From contig JBDRKX010000018.1 in the NCBI GenBank assembly GCA_043813605.1, forward strand, positions 1 to 16,683: a stretch of 16,683 nt of DNA, given 5' to 3'. Under the pieces are notes generated by a model. The model was not told the origin of the DNA. It worked only from the letters and a program-made list of their open reading frames with translations, and ran no database searches. The DNA comes from Elusimicrobiota bacterium (GTDB taxonomy: Bacteria; CG03; SLGR01; JBDRKX01). The stretch's first letter is position 1; each line of letters begins with the position of its first letter. This document shows, piece by piece, positions 8,329 to 16,683 of the stretch. A program made the translations under genes and the position numbers.

Positions 8329-11186
8329 AAAATTTTATAGAGATAAAAGGAGCAAGGGAACATAACCTGAAAAATATCCACGTGAAACTGCCGCGCAATG
8401 CGTTCATAGTTATTTCAGGCGTTTCAGGTTCAGGTAAATCTTCGCTTGCTTTTGATATTGTATATACCGAAGGCCGCCGCAGGTATGTGGAGTCGCTTTC
8501 ATCGTACGCGAGACAGTTTCTCGGACAGATGAAAAAACCCAAAGTCGATTCTATAACGGGAATCCCCCCCGCAGTGGCAATACAGCAGAAAGGCCCCGGC
8601 TATAACCCGCGTTCAACGGTAGGGACCCTCACGGAGATATATGATTACCTGAGGCTGCTGTATGCCAGGATAGGCGTGCCTCATTGTCCGAAATGTTCAA
8701 GAAAGATCGAATCACAGTCTACTTCGGAGATAGTCAAACAGGTCATGGAAGAAGAAAAAAGGAAAGAAGTATCGATAATGGCTCCTCTTGTAAGAGGCCG
8801 TAAGGGTGAGTACCGCGAGCTTTTTGACAGGTTGAGGTCGGAAGGGTTTATCTCGGTGATCATAGACGGAAACAGTTTTTCGCTTGAAGAAGAGATATCT
8901 CTTGACGGACGGAAAAGGCATACAATAAGCGTGCTTGTTGACAGTGTCTCAATAACCGGCAGCGCTTCAAACGAAGAGCGCGTCGCTGATTCGATCGAGA
9001 TAGCCCTCAAGAAAAGCGATGGAATAGTCGAAGTGAGCGGGCTTAAAACCGGTACGGTTATTTTTTCAAAACATTATGCCTGTCCTGTATGCAGTATCAG
9101 CATAGGAGAGATAGAACCGAGGAATTTTTCTTTTAATTCTCCATACGGAGCCTGTCCTGAATGTTCGGGCCTGGGTATTAAACTTGTGGTAGATCCCGAA
9201 CTTGTTGTCGAGGACCCGTCGCTTTCCATAGATCAAGGAGCCATTAAACCGTGGTGGAATCCGATAACAGGAGCAAAATATAAGAGAAAAGGAGCTGCAA
9301 GGACCTATAAATACAGGCAGATGGAATGTCTGTCCCGGATACTGGATTTCAGTCTTGATATCCCGTTCAGCAATCTGCCTAAGAAGATCAGAAAGATCTT
9401 ATTATTCGGCTCAGATGAAAAATTTCAATTTGATATACGCATGGAAGGATGGGTATATCAGAAAAAGACAGAATTCGAAGGGGTTGTAGAAGAACTTTCC
9501 AGGAGATACCTGCAGACAGATTCTTCATATATCAGGGAACAGATATTGAAAGAATACATGAGGGAACATCCGTGCCCTTCGTGCGCCGGCAAACGGCTGA
9601 AAGAGGAATCGCTTGCAGTGCTTGTGGCTGACAGGAATATCTCTGAACTTTCGGCTATGCCTGTTCTGGGCCTGAAAGAGTTTATTACCGGTCTCAGGTT
9701 AACAAAGCATGATACGATGATAGCAAGGAAGATCCTTGAAGAACTTACATCAAGATTGAGATTCCTGATCAATGTCGGAGTGGACTATATCGCTCTAGAC
9801 CGAAAGGCCAATACTCTTTCTTCCGGAGAATCAGAGAGGATAAGACTTGCTACGCAGATAGGTTCTTCGTTGGTAGGTGTGGCATACATACTGGATGAAC
9901 CGACCGTGGGGCTGCATGCGCGTGATACGAAAAGGCTCCTGGATTCGCTGAAGAGTCTTCAGAAACTGGGTAATACTCTTATCGTGGTAGAGCATGACCA
10001 GCAGACGCTTGATACATGTGATCATGTCGTGGATCTCGGTCCCGGCGCGGGCATTAACGGCGGCAGGGTGGTTTTCAGCGGTGACAGGGAGAGGTTTATG
10101 AGATCAACAAGATCTCTTACGGCAAAATATTATACGGGGCGGATGGCCGTTCCTTCGCCTCAGGCTGTAAGGAAAGGGGCGGGGAATTTTATCCGGCTGG
10201 AAGGATGCAGTCAGTTCAATCTGAAAAACATTGACGTTGATTTTCCTCTGGGAGTTTTATGCTGCGTGACAGGAGTATCCGGTTCAGGCAAGAGCACGCT
10301 GGTCGAAGAAATACTTCATAAAGCTGTCAAGAAGAGCCTGCTGCCGCATTCTGTTGATGTCCCGGGTCAACACAAAAAGATCAGCGGTTGTGAAACTATT
10401 AAAAGGGTAATAAATATCGATCAGACGCCTATAGGCAGAACACCCAGATCCAATCCCGCTACATATACTGATGTTTTCGGCCTGGTAAGAGAAGTTTTTA
10501 CCAGGCTGCCGTTAAGCAGGGCAAGGGGTTATTCCAAGGGCAGGTTCTCTTTTAATGTGAAAGAAGGGACGTGTTCCAAGTGCCAGGGACAGGGAACGAT
10601 CAGGCTGGAAATGCATTTTCTTCCTGATATATATGTACCATGCGAAGCCTGTAAGGGCAGAAAATATACGGATGCTACACTTGATGTGAAATATAAGGGG
10701 CGAAATATTTATGAGGTCCTGGAAATGACTGTTGATGAAGCATTGGAAATTTTCAGTAAAATACCGGATATAAATAAAATACTGCAGACTCTTTGTGATG
10801 TGGGATTAGGGTATATCAAGCTCGGTCAGTCATCAATAACGTTATCCGGCGGAGAAGCCCAGAGGATCAAGCTCGCAAAAGAACTCTCAAAGAAAAGCCG
10901 CGGCGGTACATTATATATACTTGACGAACCGACCACCGGCCTTCATCCTGATGATATCAGATGCCTTTTAAAGGTGCTTCATGCCCTGGTAGATGCCGGG
11001 AATACAGTTATTATAATAGAACATAATATGGACGTTATAAAGAATGCAGACTGGATAATAGACCTCGGTCCGGAGGGCGGAGATAAGGGCGGACAGGTAG
11101 TTGTTTGCGGAACTCCGTCAAAGTTGATAAAATACACCAGAAGTTATACGGGAAGATTTCTGAAAAGGTACCTTGTTAATGAATAA
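8325..11186 (+). CDS. uvrA: Excinuclease ABC subunit A
   Basis: GAREHNLKN, two Walker A motifs (GVSGSGKSS, GVSGSGKST), EGRRRYVESLSSYARQFLG, CxxC zinc-finger pairs, IGRTPRSNPATY, LSGGEAQRIKLA, LDEPTTGLH; 953 aa; ATGA overlap with nadB. Confidence 0.98.
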   Translation: MKNFIEIKGAREHNLKNIHVKLPRNAFIVISGVSGSGKSSLAFDIVYTEGRRRYVESLSSYARQFLGQMKKPKVDSITGIPPAVAIQQKGPGYNPRSTVGTLTEIYDYLRLLYARIGVPHCPKCSRKIESQSTSEIVKQVMEEEKRKEVSIMAPLVRGRKGEYRELFDRLRSEGFISVIIDGNSFSLEEEISLDGRKRHTISVLVDSVSITGSASNEERVADSIEIALKKSDGIVEVSGLKTGTVIFSKHYACPVCSISIGEIEPRNFSFNSPYGACPECSGLGIKLVVDPELVVEDPSLSIDQGAIKPWWNPITGAKYKRKGAARTYKYRQMECLSRILDFSLDIPFSNLPKKIRKILLFGSDEKFQFDIRMEGWVYQKKTEFEGVVEELSRRYLQTDSSYIREQILKEYMREHPCPSCAGKRLKEESLAVLVADRNISELSAMPVLGLKEFITGLRLTKHDTMIARKILEELTSRLRFLINVGVDYIALDRKANTLSSGESERIRLATQIGSSLVGVAYILDEPTVGLHARDTKRLLDSLKSLQKLGNTLIVVEHDQQTLDTCDHVVDLGPGAGINGGRVVFSGDRERFMRSTRSLTAKYYTGRMAVPSPQAVRKGAGNFIRLEGCSQFNLKNIDVDFPLGVLCCVTGVSGSGKSTLVEEILHKAVKKSLLPHSVDVPGQHKKISGCETIKRVINIDQTPIGRTPRSNPATYTDVFGLVREVFTRLPLSRARGYSKGRFSFNVKEGTCSKCQGQGTIRLEMHFLPDIYVPCEACKGRKYTDATLDVKYKGRNIYEVLEMTVDEALEIFSKIPDINKILQTLCDVGLGYIKLGQSSITLSGGEAQRIKLAKELSKKSRGGTLYILDEPTTGLHPDDIRCLLKVLHALVDAGNTVIIIEHNMDVIKNADWIIDLGPEGGDKGGQVVVCGTPSKLIKYTRSYTGRFLKRYLVNE

Positions 11187-14058
11187 GAAAACAGCGTTTA
11201 TATTTATATTATTATTTGCAGTCAGCCTGCCTGCTGCAGCTGTACTTGATGAAACACAGGATGAGCTCTATGCTCTTTCTTTGAACCTGTATGCCGACGG
11301 TATGTATAAGATGGCACAGCAGAACCTGCAAAAATACATAGAAAGATATCCTTCGGGACAGCATCTCAAGAATGTGATGGTATATGTGGGTAAATCGTAT
11401 TTTCACTCGGGACTCTATGAAAAAGCTTACGGGGCTTTTCAGGAAGTCGTGATCAAATTCCCTCCCGATGATAACGTGCAGGAAGCTGAGTTGATGATGG
11501 CGGAATCAAGATTCTATGCAAGAAGGTATGAAGAAGCTGCTGCGATATATATCGATTTTATAAAAAAATACCCGGATTCAGAGTTTGATGAGGATGCCCG
11601 CTATTTTCTTGCCGAAAGTTATTATCATGCCGGCGATTTTTTTAATGCACGCGAACTGTTTACGGAATTCATAAAAAGGTTTACTGAAAGCAGGTACACC
11701 CCTTATGCCCGGTTTACAACAGGTATGTGCTATTTTTCTGAAAAGAATTATCCTGAAGCATTGAAGATATTTGAATCTGCTGATACCAAAGACCTGCCGG
11801 GTGAACTGGCGGCCCAGTCCGTTTACTACAGCGGGCTTGCGTGGTTGAGAATGGAGAAATATGATAATGCCCGGACCTCCTTTAATCTTATAAAGGAAAA
11901 ACATGCCAAAAGCCGGTATTTCCGGGAGTCTTTGTTCAAAATTGCGGAGAGCTATCTGAAAGAAAAAGATTTTAGCAAGGCAAGGGAACATTTCAGCATA
12001 TTGAAAGACTCAAAAGAAATCGGCGAAGAGTTAAGAATAATCTCGTATTACCAGATAGGAGAGAGTTTCTATTACGAGGAGAAATACAGTCTTGCGATAA
12101 AAGCCTGGAATGAACTGGCAGTTAAATACCCGGATTCCGCCGAGACCGAGAGCGCTATGTTCTCCATGAACTGGTGCTGGTTTGAACTCAAAGATTACAT
12201 AAAGGCAGCGCGCGGGTTCAGCGCTTTTATAAAGAGATATCCCCATTCCGATAAGAATTCTTCGGCTCAGCTTCTAATAGCGCATTCTTACTATTATAAC
12301 GGAGAATACAACAATGCGAAAAAGGAGTATCAGAGGGTAATTGAGTTCTATCCCAGGAGCCAGTTTGCCGCAAGGGCCCTCTATTGGAAGGCAATATGTT
12401 TTTTCCAAAATAACGAATATATCGAATCGGTAGATCTTTTTAAAGAATTTTCCGCCAGTTATCCGGACCATATACTGATACCCGAAGTGCATTATCACAT
12501 GGGAAAAGCATGGTTCGAAGAAAAGAATTTTGTCATTGCAAGAGAAGAATTCAAGAAAGTGGTCGATAAATATCCTGCAAGTTCGGTATACTCCAGGTCC
12601 CGTCTGGGTATAGCCAATACATATTATCAGGGCAGGGATTATTCAAAGGCGGCCGGGATATACACTGATATCGCTGAAGAAGAAAAAGATCCCGTCATAA
12701 AAGATGAAGCCAGAATGGGTGTAGCAAATTGTTTTCTTAAAACCAAGAAATACAGCGAGGCGATAAAGGTATATTCTTCACTGAAAGAAACACCCGAAGT
12801 CAAGTTCCAGATAGGATACACATATTATAAGGCCGGAGAATACTACAGGGCAAAAGAGGTTATGAGGGAATTACAGGATAAGTATCCGAGCAGCAGTTTT
12901 AATGTCAATGGACTGTATTACGAAGGCTGGGCAAGCTTCAAGATAGACGATTTTAAACATGCCAGGAATTGTTTCTCCAGGCTTTTTGAAGCATATCCTG
13001 ACCATGAAATAGCGAAAGACGCTCTACTCAGGATCGGGGATACTTATTACAACGAGAAAGAATACGAAACAGCTGTTACACATTACAGGAGAGTCATAGA
13101 TAAATACCCGGGTTCGGAAGCAGCCGTATATGCACAGTATAATATAGCCTGGAGCTATCAGACCCTTGACAGGCAGGAAGAAGCGATGAGCGCCTATGAG
13201 GATTTTTTAAGGGATTATCCGGATTCGGAACTTGCAGTGGATGTCTATTCCAGAATGGGCCGCTATTATTTCCAGAAAGAAAAATATAAGGAAGCGGCTT
13301 TAATATATGAAAAACTCCTTACCATAAGCAAGACAGAAACATCTAAGGTAGAAGCGGCCTACTGGCTGGGCTGGAGCTATTCCCGTTCCGGTGAGCAGGA
13401 CAAGGCGCTTGAGATATTCAATATGATAATCAGAACATACCCGGCTTATGAACTGATAGATGAGATATACTTCAGAAAAGGCGGCATATACTATGATATG
13501 CGGAAACTGGAGGAGGCGGTAAAAGAATACAGCTATATTATCGATAATTACCCGGCTTCAAGTTTCGCTTCCGAAGCGGCATATAATGCGGCACTGTCTA
13601 TGAAAGAAACAGGAAAGATAGAAGAGGCGGAAAAGATGATGCAGCATATCAAAGCCGTTTATCCGGGATCAGAGGCGTCAGCCAGGGTTATTTTCGACGA
13701 AGGGGTTGAATTGCAGATGGATGGAAATTTTAAGGAAGCATTAGCCACGTTCAGAAAAGTGACAGAAGCATCTACAATGGAAGTAGCTGCCCGGGCGCAA
13801 AAAAGAATGGGAGATATCTTTTTTGCTCAAGAGGAATATTCGAGGGCTACTATAGAGTACCTGAAGGTGGCATATGAATACGGCCGATTCTCCTCAATAT
13901 CGGCTGAAGCCAGGTATATGGCGGCAAAAAGCAAGGAACTTGAAGGAGACATCGAATCTGCAATTAAAAATTACCGCAAAGTGATAGAAAATTTCCCGGA
14001 TACAGGTTGGGCTGACAGGGCGGCAAAGATGCTTGAAAAGATAGAAAAGGATAAATGA
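11179..14058 (+). CDS. Large secreted/periplasmic TPR protein (BamD/CpoB-like repeats along its whole length)
   Basis: The likely start ATG 11179 gives a signal peptide MNKKTAFIFILLFAVSLPAAA. The rest is roughly 25 TPR-like units of ~37 aa, many ending in 'YPxS' (YPDS, YPHS, YPRS, YPAS, YPGS). No catalytic domain is visible. Confidence 0.88.
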   Translation: MNKKTAFIFILLFAVSLPAAAVLDETQDELYALSLNLYADGMYKMAQQNLQKYIERYPSGQHLKNVMVYVGKSYFHSGLYEKAYGAFQEVVIKFPPDDNVQEAELMMAESRFYARRYEEAAAIYIDFIKKYPDSEFDEDARYFLAESYYHAGDFFNARELFTEFIKRFTESRYTPYARFTTGMCYFSEKNYPEALKIFESADTKDLPGELAAQSVYYSGLAWLRMEKYDNARTSFNLIKEKHAKSRYFRESLFKIAESYLKEKDFSKAREHFSILKDSKEIGEELRIISYYQIGESFYYEEKYSLAIKAWNELAVKYPDSAETESAMFSMNWCWFELKDYIKAARGFSAFIKRYPHSDKNSSAQLLIAHSYYYNGEYNNAKKEYQRVIEFYPRSQFAARALYWKAICFFQNNEYIESVDLFKEFSASYPDHILIPEVHYHMGKAWFEEKNFVIAREEFKKVVDKYPASSVYSRSRLGIANTYYQGRDYSKAAGIYTDIAEEEKDPVIKDEARMGVANCFLKTKKYSEAIKVYSSLKETPEVKFQIGYTYYKAGEYYRAKEVMRELQDKYPSSSFNVNGLYYEGWASFKIDDFKHARNCFSRLFEAYPDHEIAKDALLRIGDTYYNEKEYETAVTHYRRVIDKYPGSEAAVYAQYNIAWSYQTLDRQEEAMSAYEDFLRDYPDSELAVDVYSRMGRYYFQKEKYKEAALIYEKLLTISKTETSKVEAAYWLGWSYSRSGEQDKALEIFNMIIRTYPAYELIDEIYFRKGGIYYDMRKLEEAVKEYSYIIDNYPASSFASEAAYNAALSMKETGKIEEAEKMMQHIKAVYPGSEASARVIFDEGVELQMDGNFKEALATFRKVTEASTMEVAARAQKRMGDIFFAQEEYSRATIEYLKVAYEYGRFSSISAEARYMAAKSKELEGDIESAIKNYRKVIENFPDTGWADRAAKMLEKIEKDK

Positions 14059-15554
14059 AAAAAATTCTGATATGCTGTATTCTACTCCTTTCATATCCTG
14101 GCCAGTATTCTTTTTGCCAGAAAAAAGGAGACCTCGATCTCCCGGATATATTCGTATGGGGGAAGGACAGGTCTGATCTGCCCGGTATAGGAGAACAAGG
14201 CAGTTATTTTCAACCATATCTGAGAAAATCTAATTTTATTGACGAGTTGAGAATAGAAAATCCTCTTTCGATAAATCCAAAATATATTTTCAGGAACAGG
14301 ATATCCGGTCTGAGATTGTACGGTGCACTGGGAACGTTCGGTGATTATCTAATGGGATTGAATCATTCCAGATATACAAGAGACAGCTGGTTTTATAACT
14401 ACGGTCTGAAAAAAAACCGCCATTATCTGGAAAATACGGATCCTGATCACGAACTTATGTCCGGGCATATCAGCCTTGGTAAATATTCGAACAGATGGGG
14501 CTGGATAGGCGGCGCTGAAGGGAGCGGCGCGGAATCCGATTTTAAAAAAAATATCTGGAGAGCAGGAGGGGAGTGCTTTTTTAGAGCCGGAAAAGTATCA
14601 CTTAATCCGCAGGTTTCGGTAAAGGGCGCTTCCATAGAAGGTAAAAGCGCAGAAGAGACATCAATGCTGCTGGAAGCAGAGACAGCACTGTTTCCTAACC
14701 ATTCAATTGCCGCCGGATTTGAGATTGATGCTCTTTCAATAGAAGATGAGGATAGAAAGAGTATAAAACTCGGATTCGACTATGTGAATTCCGTATACAG
14801 GGATTTTAATGTGCTTCTGAACCTCGGGTATTACCCGGAAGAAGCCGAAACAGTTTTTGGCGGCAGGATCACCGGCTGCCTGGCTGCCCTGGGTTATACT
14901 CTATACTACACAAGGAGAAATATTAATCCGGACCTGTATATCATGTACGACAAATATCCATACCTGAAGCTTCCTGATATGTACGCGGCCGAATTGAACA
15001 GGACTTTGGGGCTGGAAGCCACAAGGCATATAGGCAGCGGCATGTACATAGGCGCAGGACTGAGTTTTTCGCGGGTAACTGATCAGCTGATTTTTATTAA
15101 TGCGCCGGGGGACATATATCCCCTGAATCTTGAAGAGGAAGCAGATGTAACCTGTTTCAGTGTAAAATTAAAAAGAGGATATCTGGAAGTGAACCATACA
15201 AGGACAGGTTCCAGTATTGATGTTCCTTATCTCGGCAGTAATACGGTTTTAACGTTATCGCCGGTATTAAAGATAAAAGAGGACAGGGAGCTGGAATTAC
15301 GGTTAACGGTCGATCTGAAAGAAGGATTTGAGATTTGGCACGATGAATCCGGAACCAGTAGAACAGAAGTGGACCCTTTTCTTCTGCTTGATGCGGAGAT
15401 GACATATGCATTAAACGATTCGTTTGAATTCCGGATAGGCGCACGGAATCTGTTGGGAAGCAAAAAATACGATAAATGCGGTTATTATGAAAAAGAACCC
15501 CGTGTATTCATGCTTATCTGCATGGGATACGGCAGTAAACGAGAAAACAAATAA
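14055..15554 (+). CDS. Probable outer-membrane beta-barrel protein, TonB-dependent-receptor-like but short (499 aa)
   Basis: Signal peptide MKKILICCILLL...; TonB-box-like DLPDIFVWG (aa 28-36); many alternating hydrophobic/aromatic strands; C-terminal 'LDAEMTYALNDSFEFRIGARNLL...Y...PRVF' resembles the last strands of TonB-dependent receptors; lies directly upstream of exbB/exbD/tonB-like genes. Confidence 0.6.
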   Translation: MKKILICCILLLSYPGQYSFCQKKGDLDLPDIFVWGKDRSDLPGIGEQGSYFQPYLRKSNFIDELRIENPLSINPKYIFRNRISGLRLYGALGTFGDYLMGLNHSRYTRDSWFYNYGLKKNRHYLENTDPDHELMSGHISLGKYSNRWGWIGGAEGSGAESDFKKNIWRAGGECFFRAGKVSLNPQVSVKGASIEGKSAEETSMLLEAETALFPNHSIAAGFEIDALSIEDEDRKSIKLGFDYVNSVYRDFNVLLNLGYYPEEAETVFGGRITGCLAALGYTLYYTRRNINPDLYIMYDKYPYLKLPDMYAAELNRTLGLEATRHIGSGMYIGAGLSFSRVTDQLIFINAPGDIYPLNLEEEADVTCFSVKLKRGYLEVNHTRTGSSIDVPYLGSNTVLTLSPVLKIKEDRELELRLTVDLKEGFEIWHDESGTSRTEVDPFLLLDAEMTYALNDSFEFRIGARNLLGSKKYDKCGYYEKEPRVFMLICMGYGSKRENK

Positions 15555-15580
15555 TGGGTGTTATTACAGCGTAATGCCCG

Positions 15581-15586
15581 GGAGGT
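15581..15586 (+). promoter_or_regulatory. Shine-Dalgarno site for the ExbB/TolQ-family gene
   Basis: GGAGGT four nt upstream of ATG 15591. Confidence 0.7.
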
Positions 15587-15590
15587 TAGT

Positions 15591-16193
15591 ATGATTCAAT
15601 TTTTCTTTAAAGGCGGTATGATGATGTATCCGCTATTGGCGTCATCCATACTTGTAGTAGCTATTATTATTGACAGGCTTATCTATTTCAGGCATGCCGA
15701 AGTAGATGAAAAGGACCTTTTTGTCAAGATAAAGGACAAACTTCGTTCCAGCGGACCGGAAGAAGCAGTAGCCTATTGTGAGAAAGTGGGCGGCCCGGTA
15801 GCCGCTGTATTGAAATCCGGTCTCCGGCAATATAGAAGAGGCAGAGACAAGATAGAAGATTCTTTTGAGCGCGAGGCACTGATCGAAGTCCCCCGGCTAA
15901 GAAAATTTCTTCCGGCATTGAATACTGTCGGCAGTATTGCCACGCTTATGGGATTCACGGGGACGGTGATCGGGATGATAAAAGCTTTTAATTCCATAGC
16001 CGGTGCAGGTACGACTTCTCCCGGAATAGTGGCAGGCGGTATAGCGGAAGCGCTCACTACAACCGCTATGGGACTCATTATAGCGATAATCGCGTTGGTG
16101 TCTTTTCATTATTTTACCCATAGAGTTGACAGGATAATGCTTGAACTGGAGAAGATGTCGCGGGACCTCATGGATGTGATGGAGGAAGTGTAG
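15591..16193 (+). CDS. exbB: MotA/TolQ/ExbB proton-channel family protein
   Basis: GGMMMYPL...IIDR first TM segment, LMGFTGTVIGMIKAF, GGIAEALTTTAMGLIIAI. Start set at ATG 15591 (good RBS) rather than GTG 15558. exbB versus tolQ is not resolved. Confidence 0.85.
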   Translation: MIQFFFKGGMMMYPLLASSILVVAIIIDRLIYFRHAEVDEKDLFVKIKDKLRSSGPEEAVAYCEKVGGPVAAVLKSGLRQYRRGRDKIEDSFEREALIEVPRLRKFLPALNTVGSIATLMGFTGTVIGMIKAFNSIAGAGTTSPGIVAGGIAEALTTTAMGLIIAIIALVSFHYFTHRVDRIMLELEKMSRDLMDVMEEV

Positions 16194-16194
16194 T

Positions 16195-16605
16195 ATGTTT
16201 GAAAGATTTAAGTACAAAGAAACAGATGACAGTATTTTTGCGAACATGGCGCCGATGGCGGATGTCGTTTTTCTTTTGCTGATCTTCTTTATGCTTACGT
16301 CGTCATTTGTGCTGGAACCCGGGATAAATGTCGATCTGCCCCGCGCCGTAACCGCAGAGGACCAAATAAGGCAGAAACATGTATTGACGATCACTCGTGA
16401 CAGATCGCTTCTGCTCGATCAGGATGTAGTCTCTTTTGCGACCCTGCCCAGGGTTTTAGAAGATACTTTTGCAGGTGAAGGGACAAAACTTCTGATAATA
16501 AGAGCGGACAGGAATGTACCGCACGGACTGGTGGTAAAAGCGCTGGATATTTCAAGGCAATCCGGCGTAACGGAACTGGCTATAGCCACGGAAAAGATAC
16601 GCTGA
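16195..16605 (+). CDS. exbD: Biopolymer transport protein ExbD/TolR family
   Basis: NMAPMADVVFLLLIFFML with the essential TM Asp, VDLPRA, IIRADRNVPHGLVV; 136 aa. Confidence 0.9.
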   Translation: MFERFKYKETDDSIFANMAPMADVVFLLLIFFMLTSSFVLEPGINVDLPRAVTAEDQIRQKHVLTITRDRSLLLDQDVVSFATLPRVLEDTFAGEGTKLLIIRADRNVPHGLVVKALDISRQSGVTELAIATEKIR

Positions 16606-16609
16606 ATCT

Positions 16610-16683
16610 ATGGAGTTCAGAAAGAGTATACTGATATCGTCTGTACTGCACCTGGCCGCACTTTTTCTGATATCGGGTTTCAG
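16610..16683 (+). CDS. 5' part of a probable TonB/TolA-family energy transducer (runs off the window)
   Basis: ATG 4 nt after the exbD stop; reads MEFRKSILISSVLHLAALFLISGF..., a hydrophobic anchor with the S-x3-H motif typical of TonB/TolA TM helices. Not in the ORF track. Confidence 0.7.
   Translation, partial: MEFRKSILISSVLHLAALFLISGF

Noticed and set aside
11179..14058. DNA tandem repeat or CRISPR-like array behind the recurring TAYCCGGA motifs
   Set aside because: The recurrence reflects the YPxS protein motif; no long identical nucleotide repeats or repeat-spacer structure were seen.
14055..14120. Lipoprotein signal at Cys21 of the 499-aa protein
   Set aside because: YSFC does not fit the [LVI][ASTVI][GAS]C lipobox.

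Overview
Gene-dense bacterial (diderm) chromosomal segment with two divergent, tightly packed operons separated by a 102-bp AT-rich spacer (4100-4201) holding back-to-back sigma70-like promoters. Minus strand: a stand-alone GlmU-like hexapeptide-repeat acetyltransferase with no uridylyltransferase domain, glmM, and glmS, which is interrupted by one in-frame TAA at codon 194. Plus strand: panB-panC-nadA-nadB-uvrA, then an envelope module made of a ~960-aa secreted BamD/CpoB-type TPR protein, a 499-aa probable outer-membrane beta-barrel with a TonB-box-like N-terminus, ExbB/TolQ, ExbD/TolR and the start of a TonB/TolA-like gene cut by the window edge. The first ~140 bp, just downstream of glmS, look like the right end of an IS1634-like element (tentative). 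Most of the window is housekeeping. The best candidates for follow-up are the TPR/short-barrel/Ton-motor module, the broken glmS, the split GlmU and a predicted leaderless glm transcript. No searches were run; family calls rest on motif recognition.
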